A stretch of 49,732 nucleotides of DNA from positions 1 to 49,732 of the forward strand of contig JAEDNQ010000001.1 of NCBI GenBank assembly GCA_016302435.1, read 5' to 3'. Shown piece by piece: positions 6,958 through 15,811 of this stretch (positions are counted from its first letter, which is position 1; every line of letters begins with the position of its first letter). A program made the translations under genes and the position numbers. This DNA comes from Bacteroidaceae bacterium. Lineage in GTDB: Bacteria > Bacteroidota > Bacteroidia > Bacteroidales > Bacteroidaceae. Below the pieces are notes generated by a model that saw only the letters and a program-made list of their open reading frames with translations, did not search any database and had not been told where the DNA came from.

Positions 6958-8799
6958 TTAGGCGAGCTTCATGATTGGGTCGTCCTCCTCCACTGAGTCG
7001 CCTGAGTTGGCGAGGATGGCTGTGATGACACCTGCCTTGTCGGCGCGGATAGCGTTGAAGGTCTTCATGGCCTCGATATATCCGAGTGTATCGCCTGCCT
7101 GTACTGCATCGCCTACCTTCTTTGGTGTCTCGGAGTTGTCCTTGACGAGGTAGAACTTGCCCTCGAGTGGTGCGAGCACGTCTTCGCCTTCTCCTGCTGG
7201 TGCTGCTGCGGCTGTTGTGCCTGCTGCTGGAGCTGCAGGGGCTGCATCGCCGTAGGCTATCTCTACCTTGTAGTTGATGCCGTTGACCTGTACTGTGACG
7301 CTCTTTGGTCCTTCGCCTGCAGCTGCTGGCGCATTCTTAGCTGACTTGCGCTTTGCGAGGTCTGCCTCGAAGTCTGCCTTGGCCTTGCCGCTCTTGTAGG
7401 CGCGGTACTGCTCTGGGTGCATGGCGAGTTCGAAGAGTTCTTCGTTGTCCTGTCCAAGTTCCCATCCGTTTTCCTCCATCTCCTTTTTGAACTCTTCGAG
7501 CTTGTCGGGATAGTAGGACTGTGGGTCTTGTGTCTCAAACTCGCGTCCCTGTTCCTTGGCCATGGCGATGAGCTCTGGGTCTACTGGGCCAGGGAGCTGT
7601 CCTGACTTGCCGAGAATCATGTCCCAGATGTTGTCTGCTATCATTGACCAGCGTGCCTTGCCTTTTTCCATCTGCATGACGTTCATGAGGGCGAGGTTCT
7701 TGACATACTGTGAGAATGGTGTGACGAGGCATGGGTAGCCAACCTTTGGCCATACGTAGGCTACTTCGTCAAAGAGCTTGACAAGGAGCTGGTCGGTGGT
7801 GAGTTCTGGCTGGCCATTCTTCACTTTCCACTTGTTGAGTGACTTGAGGTTGTCCTCGAGGTCAGTCATGAGTGAGCCCATCATGCCGCCTGGCAGACCT
7901 GGCTTGACGAGGAGTGAGTTGTTGAGGTGGTTGAGTTCGGGGATGTAGTAGCCGAGGAAGTCATCGCACATCTCCTGTATCTGAGTGCGCACTTCCATGT
8001 ATGCCTCCATGTTGATTTCCTTCACCTTGAATCCTGCATCTTTGAGCATCTCCTGAACGGCGATGATGTCAGCGTGACCTGTACCCCAAGAGAGAGGTGC
8101 TACGGCTGTGTCGATGTAGTCGCAGCCTGCCTTTGCCACTTCGAGGATGGATGCCACGCAGAATCCTGGACCGGCGTGTGAGTGGTACTGGATGACGATG
8201 TTTGGGTTGATTTTCTTTATGCCTTCGACAATCTTGCCGAGTGACACAGGGCGTCCGATACCGGCCATGTCCTTGAGGCAGATTTCGTCTGCTCCTGCCT
8301 CAATGAATGTCTTGGCGAGGTTGACGTAGTATTCTACTGTATGGATAGGGGAGTAGGTGATGCAGAGTGATGCCTGTGCGATCATGCCTGCTTCCTTGGC
8401 ATATTTGATTGATGGTATGACGTTGCGTGGGTCGTTGAGACCGCAGAAGATGCGCGTGATGTCAGTGCCCTGAGCTTTCTTTACCTTATAGAAGAGTTTG
8501 CGCACGTCCTTTGGACATGGGCTCATGCGGAGTCCGTTGAGGGCGCGGTCGAGCATGTGTGTCTGTATGCCTGCCTCGTGGAAGGGCTTTGTCCATTCGC
8601 GTACTGACTTGTTGGGGTTTTCGCCGTAGAGGAGGTTGACCTGTTCAAATCCACCGCCGTTTGTTTCTACACGGTCGAAGCATCCCATCTTGATGATTGC
8701 AGGAGCTACTTTTACGAGCTGGTCTACGCGTGGCTGATACTTGCCGGCACTCTGCCACATGTCACGGAAGACCAATGAGAACTTAACTTCTTTTGCCAT
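6958..8799 (-). CDS. oadA: Oxaloacetate decarboxylase alpha subunit (5S-type carboxyltransferase plus biotinyl domain)
   Basis: N-terminal pyruvate-carboxyltransferase TIM-barrel-like region, Ala/Pro-rich linker (AAPAAPAAGTTAAAAPAGEGE), and a C-terminal biotinyl domain with the IEAMKT motif. Confidence 0.85.
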   Translation of the reverse strand: MAKEVKFSLVFRDMWQSAGKYQPRVDQLVKVAPAIIKMGCFDRVETNGGGFEQVNLLYGENPNKSVREWTKPFHEAGIQTHMLDRALNGLRMSPCPKDVRKLFYKVKKAQGTDITRIFCGLNDPRNVIPSIKYAKEAGMIAQASLCITYSPIHTVEYYVNLAKTFIEAGADEICLKDMAGIGRPVSLGKIVEGIKKINPNIVIQYHSHAGPGFCVASILEVAKAGCDYIDTAVAPLSWGTGHADIIAVQEMLKDAGFKVKEINMEAYMEVRTQIQEMCDDFLGYYIPELNHLNNSLLVKPGLPGGMMGSLMTDLEDNLKSLNKWKVKNGQPELTTDQLLVKLFDEVAYVWPKVGYPCLVTPFSQYVKNLALMNVMQMEKGKARWSMIADNIWDMILGKSGQLPGPVDPELIAMAKEQGREFETQDPQSYYPDKLEEFKKEMEENGWELGQDNEELFELAMHPEQYRAYKSGKAKADFEADLAKRKSAKNAPAAAGEGPKSVTVQVNGINYKVEIAYGDAAPAAPAAGTTAAAAPAGEGEDVLAPLEGKFYLVKDNSETPKKVGDAVQAGDTLGYIEAMKTFNAIRADKAGVITAILANSGDSVEEDDPIMKLA

Positions 8800-8858
8800 T
8801 GTCTTTTTTCTTATCCTTGATTTAATTGATTCACTTTATTATCTCACAACAATTATTT

Positions 8859-9128
8859 CTACAACTTTGTAATCTTTGTAGCGCGACCCTTGCCGCCTGT
8901 TATCTGGCTGATGGTTGCGTCGATGATTGCCTTTGTTGTAGCATCGATGGCTGCTACTGCCTTCGCTGCTGGAGCAGCTTTCTTTGCCACAGTCTCTTCG
9001 GGTGCCCATTTGTTTACGGCCCAGATGAGTGCCTTGCCGAGGAAGATGACGATAAGCAGCACGAGGAATACTGTTATCATACCGACAAGAAGGAGCTGCA
9101 AGGCTCCTGAGAGGTCATTACTAATCAT
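8859..9128 (-). CDS. oadG: OadG-family decarboxylase gamma subunit
   Basis: 89 aa with a single N-terminal TM (LLLVGMITVFLVLLIVIFLG) and an Ala-rich tail, immediately upstream of oadA. Confidence 0.7.
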   Translation of the reverse strand: MISNDLSGALQLLLVGMITVFLVLLIVIFLGKALIWAVNKWAPEETVAKKAAPAAKAVAAIDATTKAIIDATISQITGGKGRATKITKL

Positions 9129-9252
9129 AATGTCTTATTTATGTCTTGTTGTTTTATGTTTGGGCGCAAAAGCGTCATGAAATGTTTTGTGTTGCATGTC
9201 ACATTTTGTCCCAACTGGTTATTACTATCTTTCTACTTAAAAAAATTCCTTG

Positions 9253-9260
9253 CAAAATTA
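9253..9260 (-). promoter_or_regulatory. Candidate -7 box (TAATTTTG) for the oadGAB operon
   Basis: CAAAATTA on the plus strand, 125 nt upstream of the oadG start. Confidence 0.4.
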
Positions 9261-9430
9261 CGGATTTTTTCTGAAACGAGTATCATGTCACTTACTCTTT
9301 TTTACTAAAAAACGAAAAATACGTGGCTCGCGTCCGTTTTTCGGTAGTGTGAATTAGCAAAGTGCACCGTAAAACAGTGTGTTTGGTTTCATACGGAATG
9401 TTGGCACGTTGTAAGGTGCTCCTTGTTTTG

Positions 9431-10042
9431 TCATCTGACCACCATGTCCATCTTGATGTCGTGGCTTTCGCAGGGAATGTGGTCGACAATCTGGAAGGGG
9501 AAGGCGAGGCCTATCTTCTTGCAGCTGAGCTGGGGCAGGAGACGGTCGTAATAACCTTTGCCTCTTCCTAAGCGGTGACCGTCGGGGGTGAATGCCATGC
9601 CGGGAATGATGGCGAGGTCGATGTTGGTGTAGTCTGTGAAGAGGGGACCTGTGGATTCGGCTATGCCAAAGTCGGCGGATGTGGTCAGGTCGGTGTCGCC
9701 TGTGTAGGCGTGGAGCTCAAGGTTGGAGCCGACGACGGTGGGGAGAAGCACGGTGTGACCTTCGGCGTGGAGCTGGCGGATGAGGTGAAGGGTGTTGACC
9801 TCGTCGGGCAGGGAATGATAGAGGAGAATCGTGGTGCGATTCTCCTCTGTTGGTAAAGAGTTATTGGGCATAGTCTGCTCATGTCGTAACTGCTCGTGTC
9901 TCTGCGTGGCTTTTTCAGTCAGCTCGGCCATAATGATGTCATGCAGTCTGGATATTGCAGAGGTGCTGAGCTGTGCGAGCTGCTGGGCAGTATGCTCGCT
10001 TTTTCTTTTGCGTATCTGTTGACGGAGTGTTTTCTTGTCCAT
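9431..10042 (-). CDS. 5-formyltetrahydrofolate cyclo-ligase
   Basis: K..LR..IRKRK N-terminus; LLYHSLPDEVNT, VLLP.V, IDLAIIPGMAF...G.RLGRGKGYYDRLL. Confidence 0.8.
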   Translation of the reverse strand: MDKKTLRQQIRKRKSEHTAQQLAQLSTSAISRLHDIIMAELTEKATQRHEQLRHEQTMPNNSLPTEENRTTILLYHSLPDEVNTLHLIRQLHAEGHTVLLPTVVGSNLELHAYTGDTDLTTSADFGIAESTGPLFTDYTNIDLAIIPGMAFTPDGHRLGRGKGYYDRLLPQLSCKKIGLAFPFQIVDHIPCESHDIKMDMVVR

Positions 10043-11663
10043 GGAGTGTGGGTGTGGTCTGTTTGTTCTTGAAGAGTTCGACGGCCTTTTCGATGGTTGG
10101 GTCGCGGTGGTTGAGATACTGCATGTAGTCGTTCATCTCGAGCATGTTGTAGATGATAGAGCCATAGACGGCTCTTTCGAGGAGTGGTTTGGAGCGCAGT
10201 ATCATATTGTTGCGGCGGATGATGCCTTTGGTGTCTGCATAGCGTATGAACTTGTCCATAATGCTCTTGCGGCGGAGGTGTTTCTCCATGTCGGCAGCGT
10301 TGTCGAAGGCACTGAGTTCTTTGCGGTTGTTGTCGGTGTATTCGAAGCAGAACTGTGCTATGACACCTTTGGTGAAGCACTCTGAGTAGTAGGGTGTGAA
10401 GGCTGTGGTGTCTTCTGCCACGAAGTAGTCGGGCATTATGCCTCCTCCGCCGTATACGGTGCGTCCGATGCCTGTGTGGTATTTCTCGCCAGTCTGATGG
10501 ATGCTGTCTTGTGAGAAGAACTCTCCTCGTTCGTAGCGTGTGATGATGTCCATCTCGTAGTCTTTGGATTGTCCCTTGACGTAGGGTTTCTGTATGCAGC
10601 GTCCGGAGGGAGTGTAGTAGCGTGCGATGGTGAGGTGTATCATGGAACCGTCGCTGAACTCTATGGGTTGCTGTACGAGTCCTTTGCCGAAGGAGCGTCG
10701 TCCGACGATGACTCCGCGGTCGTTGTCTTGTATGGCTCCTGAGAATATCTCGGCAGCTGAGGCAGAGGTCTCGTCGATGAGGACTATGAGTGGGATGTGC
10801 TGGTAGGAGCCTCGTCCGTCGCTGCGGTATTCTTCGCGGTGAGAGCGTCGTCCCTGTGTGTAGACGATGAGTTTGTTTTTGGGCAGGAATTCGTTGACCA
10901 TCTGTATGGCTGCTGAGAGGTAGCCGCCTCCGTTGCCTCGTAGGTCGATGACGAGTCCGTTGAAGTCTTCTTGCTGAAGTTCGGCGAGAGCCACGAGAAG
11001 TTCGGCGTATGTTGTCTCTCCGAAGCTCTTTATCTTGACGTAGCCGAGCTGGTCGTTGATCATGTATGTGGCGTCGATGCTCTTGATGGGGATGTCGCCT
11101 CTGACGACAGTGAAGTAGAGTGGTTTCTTGTGGCCATGGCGCAGTATGCCGAGTTTGACCTTTGTTCCTTCGTCGCCTCTAAGGCGGTGCATGGTCTCTT
11201 CGTTAGTGACTACCTTGCCAACGTATGGTTTGCCGTCGACGGAGACGAGTTTGTCGCCTGCAAGGAGTCCTACCTTCTCTGATGGTCCGCCTTTGATTAT
11301 TCCTGTGATGCGCACCGTGTCTTCCCTGATGACGAACTGCACTCCGACGCCGCAGAATGAGCCTTTGAGGTCTTCGTGGGCAGTCTTTGCATCTTTGGCT
11401 GTGATGTAGGTTGAGTGTGGGTCGAGTTCTTCGAGAATTTTGGGCATTGACTGTTCGACGATGTCGGCTATATCGACGGTGTCTACATATTGGTCGTCGA
11501 TGATGTGGAGGAGGTCGCTGAGCTTATTGGAGGAGGTGTTGATGATGTTGAGTCGGTTGCCTGCATAGCGGTTGGCGAAGAAGGTGCCTATGATGATGCC
11601 CAGTATGATGCTCACTGCTATGATGAGTGGCATCCATCGGTTGTTTCTGTTGATGTTGTTCAT
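9939..11663 (-). CDS. S41 family carboxy-terminal processing peptidase
   Basis: N-terminal TM, PDZ-like segment (GIIKGGPSEKVGLLAGDKLVSVDG), S41 core (LVIDLRGNGGGYL, DETSASAAEIF). The last roughly 35 codons overlap the downstream MTHFS start. Confidence 0.85.
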   Translation of the reverse strand: MNNINRNNRWMPLIIAVSIILGIIIGTFFANRYAGNRLNIINTSSNKLSDLLHIIDDQYVDTVDIADIVEQSMPKILEELDPHSTYITAKDAKTAHEDLKGSFCGVGVQFVIREDTVRITGIIKGGPSEKVGLLAGDKLVSVDGKPYVGKVVTNEETMHRLRGDEGTKVKLGILRHGHKKPLYFTVVRGDIPIKSIDATYMINDQLGYVKIKSFGETTYAELLVALAELQQEDFNGLVIDLRGNGGGYLSAAIQMVNEFLPKNKLIVYTQGRRSHREEYRSDGRGSYQHIPLIVLIDETSASAAEIFSGAIQDNDRGVIVGRRSFGKGLVQQPIEFSDGSMIHLTIARYYTPSGRCIQKPYVKGQSKDYEMDIITRYERGEFFSQDSIHQTGEKYHTGIGRTVYGGGGIMPDYFVAEDTTAFTPYYSECFTKGVIAQFCFEYTDNNRKELSAFDNAADMEKHLRRKSIMDKFIRYADTKGIIRRNNMILRSKPLLERAVYGSIIYNMLEMNDYMQYLNHRDPTIEKAVELFKNKQTTPTLHGQENTPSTDTQKKKRAYCPAARTAQHLCNIQTA

Positions 11664-11785
11664 GTCTTCGTGTATGTGAGTTTTGGGTGTGTGTGGCTTA
11701 CGTTTTATGAGTGGCTGCCGTTAGCCGTGTGTATCTTTGCTTATTGAGCTGAAAGTGTGGCTGCATTGAGTATGCGTTTGTGTGG

Positions 11786-12226
11786 TTAGTCGGCAGGGGG
11801 AGCGTCTGGGAGTTCTATGTAGTCGAGTTGTATGCCTGCCTTGCTCATGAGCTGGAGTCCGTCTTCGAGTCTGTATTTTTCGGAGTAGACGACTCGTTTT
11901 ATGCCGGCCTGTATTATGAGTTTTGCGCACTCAATGCAAGGCGCTGCAGTGACGTAGAGTGTGGCTCCGTCGCTGGAGTTGTTGGAGCGTGCCAGTTTGG
12001 TAATGGCATTGGCTTCAGCATGGAGGACGTAGGGGTAGGTGGTGTTGTTGTCGTCTTCGCACACGTTTTCAAATCCTGAGGGCGTGCCGTTGTAGCCGTC
12101 GGAGATGATGGCTTTGTTTTTAACAACGAGAGCTCCTACTTGTCGGCGTTTGCAGTAGGAATTTTCTGCCCAGATGCGTGCCATGCGCATGTAACGGCAG
12201 TCGAGTTTGTATTGTTTGTCGTCCAT
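11786..12226 (-). CDS. Deoxycytidylate (dCMP) deaminase
   Basis: Zinc motifs HAEANAI and PCIECAKLI; 146 aa. Confidence 0.85.
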   Translation of the reverse strand: MDDKQYKLDCRYMRMARIWAENSYCKRRQVGALVVKNKAIISDGYNGTPSGFENVCEDDNNTTYPYVLHAEANAITKLARSNNSSDGATLYVTAAPCIECAKLIIQAGIKRVVYSEKYRLEDGLQLMSKAGIQLDYIELPDAPPAD

Positions 12227-12287
12227 AGTCGTGGGGTGATGTTTGAGTGGAAGCGGAAGATGTGTTACAGAAGGTCTTTGAGTATTT

Positions 12288-12368
12288 ACGTTCTTGACGT
12301 TCTTTTCGTCGATATCGTTCTTGACGTTTTTGACGATTGTTTCGTCCTTGACGTATCTAATGTCTCTG
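12288..12368. repeat. 27-bp tandem repeat x3 (CGT(T/C)CTTGACGT core)
   Basis: Cores at 12288-12299, 12315-12326 and 12342-12353, giving an exact 27-nt period. The array abuts the stop codon at 12369 and the next in-phase 27 nt are the gene 3' end. Confidence 0.8.
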
Positions 12369-12857
12369 TCAGTTTATGACTTCTGTTCGTGATGCTCCGA
12401 AGATGACGATGTTGCCGCCGTCTTGTTTGAGCTGGAGAAAGTCAGCACCGCTGGTGTAGCGTGTGGTGTTGACTATGATATTGTATATCTGTTTGTCGAA
12501 GGGGGTGTCGAGTGGGGCTGGTGTAGTGACCTTGAGTGTGATGGTTTGATTTTTGCCGTCTGCTTGCCATGTGCCGCTAAAGGTCTTGCCTTCTGCCATG
12601 ACACCTTTGAAGGTGGAGGGAGCGAAGGATATGTAGTAGGCGTTGGGACCTGCTGAGGTGTAGAAGTTCTTTATGTCGCTGTTGAGTTTGAGTCCGTTGA
12701 CGGTAGCTCCGTTCATGTACCATGTGCGTCCTATGAATATCTCTTCGATGTCGTCTTCGTTAGAGCATGAGGTGAAGAAGGCGAGGATGGAGATGATGGT
12801 AGCGGTGGCGAAGAGTATGTGGGTGATATGTCTCATGTGTGGGGCGGTATATGTCAT
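12369..12857 (-). CDS. Hypothetical lipoprotein
   Basis: Signal peptide with lipobox (ILAFFTSC), 162 aa, beta-rich. I do not securely recognise a family. Confidence 0.55.
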   Translation of the reverse strand: MTYTAPHMRHITHILFATATIISILAFFTSCSNEDDIEEIFIGRTWYMNGATVNGLKLNSDIKNFYTSAGPNAYYISFAPSTFKGVMAEGKTFSGTWQADGKNQTITLKVTTPAPLDTPFDKQIYNIIVNTTRYTSGADFLQLKQDGGNIVIFGASRTEVIN

Positions 12858-12894
12858 GTGAGTGTTGTCATATGGGTGTTGTCATGTGAGTGTT
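12853..12894. repeat. 14-bp tandem repeat x3 spanning a start codon
   Basis: GTCATGTGAGTGTT / GTCATATGGGTGTT / GTCATGTGAGTGTT at 12853-12866, 12867-12880 and 12881-12894. The first copy contains the ATG (cat at 12855-12857) of the lipoprotein ORF. Confidence 0.85.
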
Positions 12895-12925
12895 GTGATG
12901 AAAGATCGGTGATCTGTTACGTTTT

Positions 12926-14983
12926 TCAGATTATGCCGTTGCGTCTCAGCAGTGCATCGATGGTTGGCTTTTGTCCTCTGAAGCGTGTGTAGAGAGTCAT
13001 GGGGTGTTCGGTGCCTCCGCGTGAGAGAATGTTGTCTCTGAAGCTTTGTGCTGTGGTGGCGGAGAAGATGCCGTTTTGCTTGAAGAGGGAGAAAGCGTCT
13101 GCATCGAGGACCTCAGCCCACTTGTAGCTGTAGTAGCCAGCAGAGTAGCCTCCTGCCATGATGTGTGAGAAGTGGGTGGACATGCATGTGGAGGGTATGT
13201 GTGGCAGGATGGTTGCCTTTTGCCAAGCTTGCTGCTCGAAGGTTTCGATGTCGGCGGTGAGGGGCTGTGTGAGAGTGTAGTATGCCATGTCGAGGAGTCC
13301 GAAGCTGACTTGGCGTACGCACTGGTAGGCTGCATCGAAGTTTCGGCTGCAGATAATGCTGGTGATGATGCTTTCGGGCAGTGGCTGCTGGGTCTGGTAG
13401 TGGGTAGCGAAGGTGTTGAGGAAGTCGGGTTCGCAGCTGTAGTTTTCCATGAACTGTGAAGGCAGTTCGACGAAGTCCCAGTAGACGTTGGTGCCTGAGA
13501 GGGAAGGGTAGGTGGTGTTGGCGAATATGCCGTGGAGTGCGTGTCCGAATTCGTGGAGGAAGGTCTCGACCTCATCGAGTGTGAGGAGCGAGGGTGTAGT
13601 GTCTGTAGGTTTCGTCAGGTTGGTGACGATGGAGATGACGGGTCGGTGGTTTGTGCCGTCAGGTGCGATGTATTGTTCATCGTATGAAGTCATCCACGCA
13701 CCTGCCTTTTTGCCTTCGCGCGGATGGAAGTCGCAGTAGAAGAGGGCGAGGAGTGAGCCGTCTTTGTCGATGACATCGTAGGCTTCAACGTCGGGGTGGT
13801 AGAGGGGAGCCTGTGTATTTGGGCGGAAGGTAATGCCATAGAGGCGTGTGGCGAGGTTGAAGATGCCTTGCTTCACCTGTTGCAAGGGAAGGTAGGCCCG
13901 GAGTTCCTCTGGGTCGAGGTCGTATCGTTGCTGGCGCAGCTTGTTAGCATAGAAGGGGTAGTCCCATGGCTGGAAGAGTCGTGGGTCGTCGGGAGAGAGT
14001 GAAGAGGGTGAGATTTGGTTGTCCGCATAGTAGAGGTCGGCTATCTCCTTTATGTCTTGTTGTGCTTTGGGCATGTAGGCTTGGAGGAGTCGGTCGAGCA
14101 GGTCGTAGACGTTGTGCGTGTTTTCGGCCATGCGGTCGCTGAGGGCATAGTCAGCGTAGGTGGCGAAGCCAAGCAGCTGGGCTATCTCTCTGTGTTTATT
14201 GACTATTTGGCGTACTATGTCAGTATTGTTGTTGTCTCCTGGTTGGAAGGCGAGTGAGGCTGACGCCATGTATATGCTTTCTCTCAGGTTTCTCTTGGTG
14301 CAGTATTTGATGAAGGCAGCATAGGATGGTCCCTTGAGGGTGTAGACATAGCCGTCGAGATTTCTCTGCCTTGCTTCGTGTCGTCCCATCTCCTTAATGT
14401 TTTCGGGCATGCCTTCGAGGTCGCTTTCGTCTGTGAGGTGGAGGATGAAAGCGTTAGTGGCGGCAAGGACGTTTTGTGTGAACTGTATGGAGAGTAGAGA
14501 TGTTTCCTCTCTGAGCTGTCTGAGTATGTCCTGCTGCTCATCTGTTAGGTTGGCTCCGTTGTCGGCGAAGTCTTTGTAGCGGTGTTGCAGGAGTGTGGCT
14601 TGTTCGGTGGAGAGGCGACGGAAGTTGTCGCTTAGGTGGTCTTCGTATACGGCCTTTATGCGCTGGAAGAGTGGGCGGTTGAGGATTATGTCAGAGGAGT
14701 GGCGAGAGAGCATGGGTGAGACTTCCTGGGCGAGAGCTTCCATATCGTCTGATGTCTCGGCGCTGAGGAGGTTAAAGAAGACGCTACGCACCTTAGATAG
14801 GAGCTGACCGATGTATTCCATCGCTTCTATGGTGTTGGCGAATGTTGGTGGCTCAGGGTTGTTGACGATAGCTTGTATCTCTTTGTCTTCTTCTTCAATG
14901 CCTTTTTGGAAGGCAGGCAGATAGTCGCTGAGGGTTATCTTGTCGAAGGGTATGTATGTGTATGATGTGAAGAATGGATTCAT
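12926..14983 (-). CDS. dcp: M3 family peptidyl-dipeptidase
   Basis: 685 aa with the HEFGHALH zinc motif and overall M3A layout. Confidence 0.85.
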   Translation of the reverse strand: MNPFFTSYTYIPFDKITLSDYLPAFQKGIEEEDKEIQAIVNNPEPPTFANTIEAMEYIGQLLSKVRSVFFNLLSAETSDDMEALAQEVSPMLSRHSSDIILNRPLFQRIKAVYEDHLSDNFRRLSTEQATLLQHRYKDFADNGANLTDEQQDILRQLREETSLLSIQFTQNVLAATNAFILHLTDESDLEGMPENIKEMGRHEARQRNLDGYVYTLKGPSYAAFIKYCTKRNLRESIYMASASLAFQPGDNNNTDIVRQIVNKHREIAQLLGFATYADYALSDRMAENTHNVYDLLDRLLQAYMPKAQQDIKEIADLYYADNQISPSSLSPDDPRLFQPWDYPFYANKLRQQRYDLDPEELRAYLPLQQVKQGIFNLATRLYGITFRPNTQAPLYHPDVEAYDVIDKDGSLLALFYCDFHPREGKKAGAWMTSYDEQYIAPDGTNHRPVISIVTNLTKPTDTTPSLLTLDEVETFLHEFGHALHGIFANTTYPSLSGTNVYWDFVELPSQFMENYSCEPDFLNTFATHYQTQQPLPESIITSIICSRNFDAAYQCVRQVSFGLLDMAYYTLTQPLTADIETFEQQAWQKATILPHIPSTCMSTHFSHIMAGGYSAGYYSYKWAEVLDADAFSLFKQNGIFSATTAQSFRDNILSRGGTEHPMTLYTRFRGQKPTIDALLRRNGII

Positions 14984-15019
14984 GATGAATATGGTTGCTG
15001 GGCGGACGTATGTTGTGAG

Positions 15020-15694
15020 TTAGATCCGCTTGTAGAGTTTTTCGATATCTTGGATGTTGATGAAGTTGCGCTGGAGGGAGATGAGATTTTCTTCTTGCAT
15101 CTGGTTGAGTGCTTTGGAGACGTTGAGTCGTGTCTCGTGTATGATGTCAGCGAGGTCAGTCATCTTGATGCGCAGTTCCTTTTCTCCTCGTGTTGTTGAG
15201 GAGAAGCTGAGGATGAATTTTGTTATCTTGTCCTGCACAGTGTCTTCAGGGAAGTCTCTGAGGAGCTTGAGTGTCTGGTGATACTGGTTGCAGGTGGTGT
15301 TGAGCATGTTTATCTTGGCGATATAGTTTATCATGAGCTGGTTGAGCAGCATGGCTTTGTCTATCTTGAGTGTGACGCCATTGGTATTGAAGATATATGT
15401 TCGGGAGTATCGTGGTGTCATGCCGAACATGTTGTATGCTTCTATGAGTCCCACATTGTTGAGTTTTTCAGTCAAGATGAAGCGTGAATGAGGGTCGCGG
15501 TATTCGGCCGACATCTGGCCGGAGATTATATAGACGAGGCTTTTGCATGGGTCTCCCTGCAGGACTATTTCATCACCTGCCTGGTAGTTGGTGAAGTCGA
15601 GTTTCACGCGCGATATGACTTCATATATTTCTTTCTTCGTCATTCCTTGGAAGAGCGGAAGTTGCAGTAGTCGTTCGAACATTGATGTTTCCAT
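15020..15694 (-). CDS. Crp/Fnr family transcriptional regulator
   Basis: N-terminal cNMP-binding-like beta-roll (LFQGMTKKEIYEV...), C-terminal HTH (DLADIIHETRLNVSKALNQMQEENLI). Confidence 0.75.
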   Translation of the reverse strand: METSMFERLLQLPLFQGMTKKEIYEVISRVKLDFTNYQAGDEIVLQGDPCKSLVYIISGQMSAEYRDPHSRFILTEKLNNVGLIEAYNMFGMTPRYSRTYIFNTNGVTLKIDKAMLLNQLMINYIAKINMLNTTCNQYHQTLKLLRDFPEDTVQDKITKFILSFSSTTRGEKELRIKMTDLADIIHETRLNVSKALNQMQEENLISLQRNFINIQDIEKLYKRI

Positions 15695-15811
15695 ATTTTG
15701 CCTATGTATGGTTGTATGATGAATGATTATAAATAAATATATATGTATGGGTGTTGTACTTTTCTCTATTGATATATCAGACCGTCTGAGGGAATGGTGT
15801 CCATCTTGCCT

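Noticed and set aside
5607-9128. Reading the decarboxylase operon as methylmalonyl-CoA decarboxylase.
   Set aside because: The alpha subunit is a 5S/pyruvate-carboxyltransferase-type domain fused to a biotinyl domain (OadA layout). It is not a 12S acyl-CoA carboxyltransferase with a separate biotin carrier.
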